In this document: positions 37,808-46,103 of the stretch, one piece after another
Layout of the letters: each line of letters starts with the position of its first letter
How positions within the stretch are numbered: position 1 is the stretch's first letter
Assembly: GCA_964465545.1 (NCBI GenBank)
Contig: CAYXIS010000001.1
Coordinates: 1 to 53,089, forward strand
From: an uncultured Bifidobacterium sp.
Lineage (GTDB): Bacteria > Actinomycetota > Actinomycetes > Nanopelagicales > Nanopelagicaceae
Length of the DNA: 53,089 nucleotides
Reading direction: 5' to 3'
The notes under the pieces: generated by a model
Seen by the model: the letters and a program-made list of their open reading frames with translations, nothing else
Database searches by the model: none
What the model was told of the DNA's origin: nothing
Made by a program: the position numbers and the translations under genes

Positions 37808-38911
37808 CTACCTTTGGGCTTGCCTCAATTGCGCAATTGCCTTGGCAACAAGGTCGTAACTTGCACCACTGCGCCAAAAATCCACTTGCGCTTCGGCGCG
37901 TTTTCGCACTTCTCCATATTTATCAGGATTTTCCGCCCAAGAATTCAGAATTCCAGCCGTCTGTCCGGCCGTTAATTCAGTGGTATCGAAATCCACGGTG
38001 GCCCCGGCACGCGTCGAAACGATGACCTCCCGTGGCCGAGGCAGGTCCGTCGTTATGACCGGGATCCCGCACGCAAGATATTCACCGATCTTCGTGGGCC
38101 AAGCCCTCTTGAATGCCGGAGTATTTTCCAAAAGAGAAAACCCAACCCATGCACCCTCAGCAAATTTCCAAGAATCTTCAGGCTTGAGCGTTCCATGAAA
38201 ATGAACTCGAGATGCCGCAGAGGAATGCTCCTTCCAGACAAGCACTCGTGAGATATCTTGGCTGGAAATAGGTCCGATCACATCAAGGTGCCAACCGGGT
38301 GCCAACTCAAGAGTTCGGAGCATTGACCACAATCCGCGTGAACCGCGGACATCGCCTACATACAACGCCCGTGGAATCGAATCCGGGGCATGAATGTCTG
38401 GCAGAAATCGAACGTCTGGCGCGTTGGTTACTACGAGCCGATTCTTGGCCGTAAAGGGGCGTACCCATTCGTCTACAACGACAGTCACGTCTGCCCGAGC
38501 GCTAGCAAAGAGCGCCAACTTTGCCAAGCCAATCGCGATCATCTTCTGGATCCCCTTAGCCCACGCGCGATCTTCGATGAGCAAGCGGTAATCTTCGCGC
38601 ACGTCGGCGATCCAAGGACGTTTGCGCAAGAGGGTACTTGCCCAGATGGCAATAGCACCCTCAGGGTCAGGAGTGAAAAGCACCATGCCACGCGCCCGCC
38701 AAGGTAGCAAGAACGCATTCGTAACGCGAGTAAGACGTGAGCCTTTAGTCACGATGTGAAATGCAACGCCTTCGGGGACATCGCATCTATTCCCAGAACT
38801 GAATAATTCAACACTCAGACCTTCAGAAATACACGATGCCATCACACGCTGCAAGCGCGCATTTGATACATCCCGCCCTGCGGCGAGAATACTGACGTCG
38901 TATCGCTTCAT
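37808..38911 (-). CDS. glycosyltransferase (GT-B fold)
   Basis: PTKIGEYLACGIPVITTD is a GT4-type C-terminal motif. The N-terminal block is paralogous to the other two GTs. Confidence 0.7.
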   Translation of the reverse strand: MKRYDVSILAAGRDVSNARLQRVMASCISEGLSVELFSSGNRCDVPEGVAFHIVTKGSRLTRVTNAFLLPWRARGMVLFTPDPEGAIAIWASTLLRKRPWIADVREDYRLLIEDRAWAKGIQKMIAIGLAKLALFASARADVTVVVDEWVRPFTAKNRLVVTNAPDVRFLPDIHAPDSIPRALYVGDVRGSRGLWSMLRTLELAPGWHLDVIGPISSQDISRVLVWKEHSSAASRVHFHGTLKPEDSWKFAEGAWVGFSLLENTPAFKRAWPTKIGEYLACGIPVITTDLPRPREVIVSTRAGATVDFDTTELTAGQTAGILNSWAENPDKYGEVRKRAEAQVDFWRSGASYDLVAKAIAQLRQAQR

Positions 38912-40101
38912 GTTTGCGTCTTCAATGCTTCGTCATAGATGTCCCGAAGAACCTGCGCGTCCCGATCCCATGAGAGCTCAGACCTTGCGGCTTTAACATT
39001 TGATATCAACTCTGAATGTCGGTCAACTGCCCTTGCGATCGCATCTTTCATCGATCTTGAATTTCCTGGCTCGTAAAGCTCACCGATGTCGTACTGGCGA
39101 ACTATCCGTGCTAATTCCGTAACGTCAGTCGCAATCATGGGAACCCCAGCATGAACGGCATGAAAGAGTTTGTTGGGAAGCGCCAAACGATGGGACTCAA
39201 ACTGATTTGAATGCGTGACAAACACAAGTCCCGCGCTCTGCATGGCTTTCGTCACCGCCTCAATTGGCTGGGCGCTCAATACCTCAATGCCTTCTTTCCT
39301 TGCACGAGGTACATAGTTAGCGGCCCATTGGTTGTCATGTTCGCCCATCCAGCAAATCGGAAGTGAAATCTTTTGAGCAACCTCCATCGTTACTTCAAGT
39401 TCTCGAAAGGCATCAATTCTTCCTGCATAGATGATTCCCTTTGGAGGCGTTACAACTTTCTTTGAATTGTCCGCCCCGATTGGAAAACTATTTCGCACGA
39501 CAAAGACTTTCTTCGGTCCCCTCTCCTGCCGCATCAATTCAGCAATGGATTCACCAACTGTAATAACAGCACTCGCCTGCGAAGACCACCGAGCCTCGGC
39601 CGCCGCCTCCTTGCGATCTGTGATTGGAGTGGGTCGATATTGGCGTTGTCGGCCCACCCACCATTCGTGACTGTCGTAAATATATGGAACGCCATGTTCC
39701 TGCGCTAAGCGTTGTCCTATTTCTAGAGCTGTGAAATCGTGCGCGTGCACAATTGAAAATTCCAGAGACGAAGCGATTTCATAAGCCTCTTCAGCCCATG
39801 CACGAAAAGATTTCTTTCTATGCTGGGGTAGAAGAAACCATCTCAGCAAACGCAGGTGGGGAGGCAATTTCTTGGTTGTCAGAGAAGCCATCGACGATGG
39901 ACGCAAGCCCGACCCGCCGGAAGCAGTGAAAATGGAGATTCCTTTTGGAGGTTGGAAATTCGCTGGGACATTACGGCCGACAATGGTGACTGCAAAGCCA
40001 TCTTGCACCAGAGTTTGGGCTTCCCGTAAGACTCGAGTATCCCTTGCCACTGAAGTCGCAACCAACATGAGAACCGTTCTCAGACTCTTTTGAGTTGTCA
40101 C
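38908..40101 (-). CDS. glycosyltransferase, GT4-like
   Basis: VATSVARDTRVLREAQTLVQDGFAV N-terminal block and LPNKLFHAVHAGVPMIATD. First gene of the operon. Confidence 0.78.
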   Translation of the reverse strand: MTTQKSLRTVLMLVATSVARDTRVLREAQTLVQDGFAVTIVGRNVPANFQPPKGISIFTASGGSGLRPSSMASLTTKKLPPHLRLLRWFLLPQHRKKSFRAWAEEAYEIASSLEFSIVHAHDFTALEIGQRLAQEHGVPYIYDSHEWWVGRQRQYRPTPITDRKEAAAEARWSSQASAVITVGESIAELMRQERGPKKVFVVRNSFPIGADNSKKVVTPPKGIIYAGRIDAFRELEVTMEVAQKISLPICWMGEHDNQWAANYVPRARKEGIEVLSAQPIEAVTKAMQSAGLVFVTHSNQFESHRLALPNKLFHAVHAGVPMIATDVTELARIVRQYDIGELYEPGNSRSMKDAIARAVDRHSELISNVKAARSELSWDRDAQVLRDIYDEALKTQT

Positions 40102-40138
40102 AAGAGATAAAGATAGTGCCTACCAATAGGCTTGCCCC

Positions 40139-40777
40139 ATGTCCCAATGGATCCAAACAACCTCCGACTGGCTCGTTTCCAACAATCTGCAGATTCCCCT
40201 CTTTATCCTGCTGATTCTCCTTGCGTTTGCCGAGGCTGCTGCCTTCATAGGCTTTGTCCTTCCAGGAGAAACCTCGTTACTGATAGGAGGGGTACTCGCC
40301 CACCATGAAGTGTGGCCATTATGGCTCTTTCTCCTCTGCGCAATTATCGGCGCGATCGCCGGGGACTCTGTCGGATATGAAGTCGGAAAACACTTTGGCC
40401 CTCGGATAGAGGTCTCGCGGATGGGCAAATTGGTCGGTCCAAAACGTTGGCTTCTTGCTCAACGAATCTTCGACAAATACCACGGAGGTGCGATCTTTTT
40501 TGGGCGAGCACAAGCCCTCCTACGCGCGCTAGTACCAGCATTGGCCGGGATGAACAAGGTCCCGTACTGGACTTTTCTAAAATGGAATGCGGCGGGAGGA
40601 ATCGTCTTCTCAACGATTATCGTTCTCTTGGGTTACGAATTCTCCGATAAATTGGCAAAAGTTGAACACGCTCTTAAATTCTGGGCCATTGGATTCCTGA
40701 CGGTAGCGGTTCTTGTATTCATCTACATAAAACGCAAAGTCGAGGCAATGATTGAAGCGGAAGTGGAATCAGAGTAA
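40139..40777 (+). CDS. DedA-family membrane protein
   Basis: FAEAAAFIGFVLPGETSLLIGG and GRAQALLRALVPALAGM are typical DedA/SNARE-associated motifs. Confidence 0.88.
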   Translation: MSQWIQTTSDWLVSNNLQIPLFILLILLAFAEAAAFIGFVLPGETSLLIGGVLAHHEVWPLWLFLLCAIIGAIAGDSVGYEVGKHFGPRIEVSRMGKLVGPKRWLLAQRIFDKYHGGAIFFGRAQALLRALVPALAGMNKVPYWTFLKWNAAGGIVFSTIIVLLGYEFSDKLAKVEHALKFWAIGFLTVAVLVFIYIKRKVEAMIEAEVESE

Positions 40778-40786
40778 TCTGCGCAA

Positions 40787-41236
40787 ATGTCCAAGGTAAG
40801 CCGTCGCGGGTTCCTCACTGCTCTAGGCGCATTGATCCCGTCGTTCTTGATGACGAAAGGGGAAGCATCGACTTCTTTCTCTTTTTCTAAAGCTGGCAAG
40901 TCGAACCTGGGTTCTCTGCTAGGAAATTCTTCTGATATCAACGTTGGTCGGACCTTGATCTATTCCGGAAAAGAAACCTCCGGAAACACCATCGAAGTAA
41001 TCTTGACCAGGACCAAGAAGGGTTTGATCGCACTCGACGGAACCTGCACTCATCAAGGTTGCACGGTCGGGTTGGACAGAAAACAGAAGAAGATAGTGTG
41101 TCCCTGCCACCATTCTGTTTTTGATCCTGCATCAGGTGCCGTCATTCTTGGGCCAAATGGAAAGTCAAAGGATTCCATCCAACCCCTTAGCCAGTACACA
41201 GTCACTGAAAAAGCCGGAAAAATCTATATCAAGTGA
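40787..41236 (+). CDS. Tat-exported Rieske (2Fe-2S) domain protein
   Basis: Twin-arginine signal SRRGFLTALG. Rieske ligands CTHQGC and CPCHHSVF. Confidence 0.85.
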   Translation: MSKVSRRGFLTALGALIPSFLMTKGEASTSFSFSKAGKSNLGSLLGNSSDINVGRTLIYSGKETSGNTIEVILTRTKKGLIALDGTCTHQGCTVGLDRKQKKIVCPCHHSVFDPASGAVILGPNGKSKDSIQPLSQYTVTEKAGKIYIK

Positions 41237-41308
41237 TCTCCTCGAATTCGTACTAGCAGTGCTGTCATGTTGTACCTTTAGCGCTCACTAGACATTGGGG
41301 AATCCAAG

Positions 41309-42436
41309 ATGAAATTCTCACGTTGGAATTACCCACTCGTTGCTGCGACGATCGTCGGGCTAGTTGTACAAATGACCGGCGTGTCCGCGGCCACGATCGG
41401 CAAGCCGGGCGATCGCTGCAAAATAGCTGGTTCAAAAGCTTCAAGCAAAATTGGGCAAAGTCTGGTCTGTTCAAAGAATGGAAAGAAACTTACTTGGAAG
41501 ATCTCAGCGGTGACTAAAAAAAGCCCGACCGCCGTCGCGCCATCTGCTTCACCGTCTGCTTCACCGTCTGCTTCACCGTCTGCGTCAGCCGCAGCAACAA
41601 CTCCTTCGCCAACCGCCTCTACCGTCTCTGCACTGATGACTTCAGACTGCATCGCCATGCTTGTAAAAATTGGCGCATCGAAGGATTCAGGCGGCCAGAC
41701 GTTCACGAGCGAAGGGATAAACGCAATGAGCAACTGTCAGAAAGACACGGGCGTTACAGAGATTATTACCTCGGCCCCATTCGACCTCGCCAATATCGCC
41801 TCGATTACGAAGTTCAGATCTTGCGCAGGACACGATTTTGCAGAGGGTTCTGGTGACGGTCAGGTATTGAGCAAGGATCCACAATACGAAAAATTCTCGT
41901 CGATGAAACACTACGTCAGCCCCGTCAAGCAGAATGCCGGCGACGCGACCGAAGTTTTCGCGCCTTTTGACGGAGTAATTACACGTATCGCTACGGAGTC
42001 GGGCAAGCAATCCAGCGGTGCTAGTTACGCGAATCCTGGGAACCAGATTGATCTGGTTCCTTATGCAAATCCATCCATCACATTCACTTTTATGCACGTT
42101 TATGGAACAACCTTCAAAGCAGGAGACACCGTCAATGCTGGTCAAAAAGTTGCCTACCATGAGGTTCAAGCAACAAACGTTGGCCACTCCTCTTTTGATA
42201 TTGCCATGGCTAAATACGATGTCCAAGCAATGATGGCGCATGCGAGTCGCAAATTGTCAATGATGAATTATCTGACACAAAGCGTCTCTACCCAATTCGA
42301 TAAGGTCGGGTTGACTCGTGAGAACTCCGTATGGTCGGCTGCATACCGAGCCGCGAATCCTTGCGTAGTAGTCGGAAATCTCGGTTTCTTCCAAGGGCCA
42401 GAGAACCCCGCGGATCGCGTAATTCTCAAACACTAA
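41309..42436 (+). CDS. secreted protein with a (SPSA)n linker and a C-terminal region weakly resembling an M23/LytM barrel
   Basis: Signal peptide ...GVSA-AT and a Cys-pair module GDRCKIAGS..LVCSKNGKKLTW. APFDGVI and FMHVYGTTFKAGDTVNAGQKV resemble the M23 core. I could not identify the HxxxD and HxH metal ligands. Confidence 0.5.
   Translation: MKFSRWNYPLVAATIVGLVVQMTGVSAATIGKPGDRCKIAGSKASSKIGQSLVCSKNGKKLTWKISAVTKKSPTAVAPSASPSASPSASPSASAAATTPSPTASTVSALMTSDCIAMLVKIGASKDSGGQTFTSEGINAMSNCQKDTGVTEIITSAPFDLANIASITKFRSCAGHDFAEGSGDGQVLSKDPQYEKFSSMKHYVSPVKQNAGDATEVFAPFDGVITRIATESGKQSSGASYANPGNQIDLVPYANPSITFTFMHVYGTTFKAGDTVNAGQKVAYHEVQATNVGHSSFDIAMAKYDVQAMMAHASRKLSMMNYLTQSVSTQFDKVGLTRENSVWSAAYRAANPCVVVGNLGFFQGPENPADRVILKH
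41543..41587 (+). repeat. 12-nt coding tandem repeat TCTGCTTCACCG, 3 copies plus a partial one
   Basis: Exact copies at 41543-41554, 41555-41566 and 41567-41578, then TCTGCGTCA. Encodes SASPSASPSASPSAS. Confidence 0.9.
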
Positions 42437-42447
42437 ATACTTGCTTG

Positions 42448-43842
42448 TTAATCACCTAACTCGAATGACTCCTCGCTTTTCGGGACGAAGACATTCCAGT
42501 GCAATTCCTTGCGCAATCGAGTTGCGAGCGCGTTTTCTGAATCAGGTTCGCCGTGCACAACAAAGGCTTTCTTTACCTTCCTGATATTTCCTAGCCATGA
42601 AATCAATTCATTGGAATCTGCGTGAACCGAGAAACTTTCGATCTTCACAATGGCAGCGTGTACAGGGATCCATTTCCCATGAATTTTCACATGTGGTTCT
42701 CTATCCTCCAACGAACGCCCTCTACTGCCAGCGGCCTGATAGCCAACGAGAAGGACCGTGTTTTTCGGATCGGGCAGCATCTTGGCCATGTGATGGATCA
42801 CCCGACCACCGGTGCCCATGCCACTCGCCGAGATAATGATGCTGGTCTCCTTAATGTCGTTAAGTGACTTGGATTCTTCGACGGTGTGCATCTCCTCAAG
42901 ATTTCCTGGATCGAAGGGATCGATGGTTCTCCACTTTTCCGCAACTCCTTCACGGAGTTCTGGCGCGCCTCTCTTCACGGCATCTCTATAGAAATCCAGC
43001 GCTGACAGGGCCATGGGCGAGTCTACGTAAATGGGGATGTTAGGGGTCTTCCCATTGTCAATTAGCTCTCTCAACGCCATCAAAATGACTTCAGTTCGAT
43101 CCACCGCGAAAGCCGGAATCAGCATTGATCCTCCGCGCTTTATTGCGGCATTTATCTCATCCGCGAATGTATTGAGGGGAGCTTAATGCACTCGATCTCC
43201 ATATGTGGATTCGGTGACGACAGCATCCAAGACGACAGCGGGCGGCCGATCGGGTGGTGCCAGCAGCGGATGGTTGTCCCTGCCGAGATCACTTGTAAAG
43301 AGAAGTTCCTTCCCGTCGATTTCCAGTAGCACGTAGGCGGCGCCAAGGATGTGCCCCGACGGGAAAAATGTGACGGAAGCATCGTCGGTCAAATTCAGTT
43401 TTGTTCGGAATCCAACTGCAGAAAAATGCCCCAGTGTTTTTTCGACGTCTTGTAGATGGTACAAGGGAAGAGGGATAGGGTGTTTGGAAAAGCCCTTCTC
43501 TGCCGCGTATCTTGCGTCCTCCATCTGCAGTTTGGCAGAGTCGCGAAGAATCACCGTCGCCAGATCAATTGTGTAGTCCGTCGCATAGATCTCATTCTGG
43601 AAGCCTTGGCGAACCAAGAGTGGGAGGTACCCGCAGTGATCAAGGTGGGCATGTGTCAAGACAATCGCGTCGATGCTTGCGGGGTCGACAGGGAAAGGAT
43701 CCCAATTCTTCTTTCGGTTCTCACGCAGACCCTGGAACAACCCTGCATCCACCAATATTCTCGATCTTTCGCTTCTGACGAGGAACCTACTGCCCGTCAC
43801 AGTGTTGGCTGCGCCCAAGAAAGTTATGGTGACTTTTCCCAT
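42448..43842 (-). pseudogene. MBL-fold beta-CASP (RNA-metabolising type) hydrolase interrupted by one in-frame TAA (43183-43185)
   Basis: The N-terminal ORF has HAHLDHCG and ends ESTYGDRVH. After the stop, the same frame reads APLNTFADEINAAIKRGGSMLIPAFAVDR, the beta-CASP motif A region. The C-terminus has SVHAD and VHGE. Confidence 0.75.
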
Positions 43843-43987
43843 GTCGAAAGACTATTCCCATGAATACCAAGATGGAGAGTGAGATTGAACCTACCGCCTC
43901 GTAATCTTCACAACGATTTCTCTCTCTGTTAATCTTTCCCGACCAGTGTGGGCCGGGGCATTCGCCTTGGAAAGAGTGGGAGAACCA

Positions 43988-44983
43988 ATGAACCGGAAGA
44001 CTGTGTCCTTGTTTGCCCTTGCACTTCTCGCCACATTAATTGCGCAGCCGATCAGCGTTTCGCAAGCGGCAACCAACCAGCACCCCGGTCATTCAAGACT
44101 GACAAGCTTCTATCCCACGGCGGGCAAATCAACTTCTACAGCGGCATCCGTTGCTGCGGGCCTTGGTGCGGTTACCTACCAAGCGGGGGGAGCGATTATT
44201 TCTGAACCCAATGTTTATGTGATTTGGTACGGCAACTGGAATGCCAATAGTTGTTCAGCACGCGGTGGTGGATCCTCCACTCCCTCCATCATCAACGATT
44301 TTCTTGATTCACTTGGAGAGTCGGACTGGAACAAGATCAATACCACCTATTACCAAATCATCAATGGCAAGAAGACTTTCGTCCAACCAACTAGTGAAGT
44401 AGACGGGTGCACTGTAGATCCAGGTTCACAAGGGCTCACCCTTGATTCTGAGACGGGCGCGCAAATATCCGACGTTGTAGAAAATGCATTATCGACCAGA
44501 GCACTCAAAACAGATCCCAATGGAGTGTATTTAGTATTAACTGCCAGCAACGTAGAAGTTGCGGATTTCATGACCCTTCTTTGCGCATACCACTGGGTTT
44601 ATGACAACGCCCTAGCCACGATCAAATATGCGTTCATTGGCGATGCCTCAACAAATCTAGGCCAATGTGCACCACAGGTTTCCGTCTCACCGAATGACAA
44701 CCCGGCAGCCGATGCCATGGTTTCGGTTATCGCCCATGAATTTGTAGAGGCGGTATCGGATCCATCTGGAACCTCTTGGTACGATCAAGCAGGTTTTGAA
44801 AATGCTGACAAGTGCGCCTGGACATACGGAAAGGCTTCAAAAACCGCTAATGGTTCTTTTGCAAACATGACCCTTGGTGACCGCCAATATTTAGTTCAAC
44901 AGAATGTCGCTGCGAATTCAAACACCTGCGTGTTATCCCTCAATCGAAACGAGTCGGATCGTAGTTCTGACCCTCACAAATAG
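43988..44983 (+). CDS. secreted PHI-1/EXORDIUM-like (phosphate-induced protein 1 family) protein
   Basis: VYVIWYGNW, VYLVLTASNVEV, YAFIGDAS..GQCAP, SPNDNPAADAMVSVIAHEFVEAVSDP and ADKCAWTYG are collinear with plant EXORDIUM blocks. Signal peptide ...SVSQA-AT. Confidence 0.68.
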   Translation: MNRKTVSLFALALLATLIAQPISVSQAATNQHPGHSRLTSFYPTAGKSTSTAASVAAGLGAVTYQAGGAIISEPNVYVIWYGNWNANSCSARGGGSSTPSIINDFLDSLGESDWNKINTTYYQIINGKKTFVQPTSEVDGCTVDPGSQGLTLDSETGAQISDVVENALSTRALKTDPNGVYLVLTASNVEVADFMTLLCAYHWVYDNALATIKYAFIGDASTNLGQCAPQVSVSPNDNPAADAMVSVIAHEFVEAVSDPSGTSWYDQAGFENADKCAWTYGKASKTANGSFANMTLGDRQYLVQQNVAANSNTCVLSLNRNESDRSSDPHK

Positions 44984-45064
44984 AGGCTAGCAGACCCGCT
45001 CTTTCCCCCGAATACTGGGTAAAGTAAGCAACAATCCGCCGAATTAACCTAGGAGATTCAAAGA

Positions 45065-46045
45065 GTGGTCGAACCCGCCGCAGTAATTGTTTCGATTCGT
45101 AACCTGTCCCGCTCTTTTGGAAGTGTGCGAGCCGTAGATGGCGTGGATTTAGATATCTATGCCGGTGAATTTCTTACGCTGCTTGGTCCTTCTGGTTCAG
45201 GAAAGACGACTGTCCTTCGAATGATCGCAGGATTTGAAAAGCCGGATTCGGGCACAATCGAATTGGGCGGCAAGGATGTCTCCCAGTTGCCCCCTTACGA
45301 GCGGGATGTGAATACAGTCTTTCAGGATTACGCCTTGTTTCCGCACATGGATGTTATTTCGAATATCGAGTACGGCCTGCGCATTCAAGGTATTGAAAAG
45401 GGTGAGCGCCGGGTTCGAGCCGAAAAGGCCCTTGAGCAAGTCAGACTTGAAGGTTATGGCGCCCGCAAACCAGCGCAACTCTCGGGTGGGCAGCGACAGC
45501 GAGTGGCTCTCGCGCGGGCTCTTGTCAATCGACCATCTGTTCTTCTTCTGGATGAACCCCTTGGGGCTCTAGATCTCAAACTCCGCGAGCAGATGCAGAT
45601 TGAACTTAAGGAATTGCAGCGCGAAGTTGGAATCACATTCGTATTCGTCACGCATGATCAAGAAGAGGCTTTGACGATGAGTGACAGGATCGCAGTCTTC
45701 AACCAAGGTAAAATCGAACAGTTGGGCACGCCTCGCGAAGTCTACGAAAACCCTCAGAGTCCTTTTGTATCCGAATTCGTGGGGCAGACAAACAAGATCG
45801 TTCTTGACGGCAAGCATGTGAATATTCGACCTGAGTTCATCACTGTGTCGAAGACCGCTAAATTCGGAGATCGCACAGTCTCTGGCACACTCCACGACGC
45901 CATCTTCGTGGGTGCGACTACGCGATACTTAGTTCACACCAATCTTGGGCAGACCATTGTTTCTACCCAACTCGACGGCGAAATCGTCGTTGGCGACCCC
46001 GTCTTACTTTCTTGGGAGTCACAAAAAGAATTCCTGGTGAACTAA
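45065..46045 (+). CDS. potA: spermidine/putrescine-type ABC transporter ATP-binding protein
   Basis: GPSGSGKTT, LSGGQRQRVALARAL, LLLDEPLGALD and a C-terminal TOBE-like region. GTG start. Confidence 0.88.
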   Translation: MVEPAAVIVSIRNLSRSFGSVRAVDGVDLDIYAGEFLTLLGPSGSGKTTVLRMIAGFEKPDSGTIELGGKDVSQLPPYERDVNTVFQDYALFPHMDVISNIEYGLRIQGIEKGERRVRAEKALEQVRLEGYGARKPAQLSGGQRQRVALARALVNRPSVLLLDEPLGALDLKLREQMQIELKELQREVGITFVFVTHDQEEALTMSDRIAVFNQGKIEQLGTPREVYENPQSPFVSEFVGQTNKIVLDGKHVNIRPEFITVSKTAKFGDRTVSGTLHDAIFVGATTRYLVHTNLGQTIVSTQLDGEIVVGDPVLLSWESQKEFLVN

Positions 46046-46103
46046 ACGCATCAGGTAAACCGCGTTCAATGGCTGAGCGCGGTCCGTATAGAGGGGGGTA
46101 CAG

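Noticed and set aside
41543-41587. The tandem repeat, considered as a possible CRISPR or other non-coding array.
   Set aside because: The units are 12 nt with no spacers, lie in frame inside a coding region, and encode a Ser/Ala/Pro linker.
43126-43382. A frameshift as the explanation for the split MBL/beta-CASP gene. Tracked ORF 43152-43382 bridges the gap in another frame.
   Set aside because: The two halves are in the same frame. The 57 nt between them translate into the expected family sequence after the single TAA, so no indel is needed.
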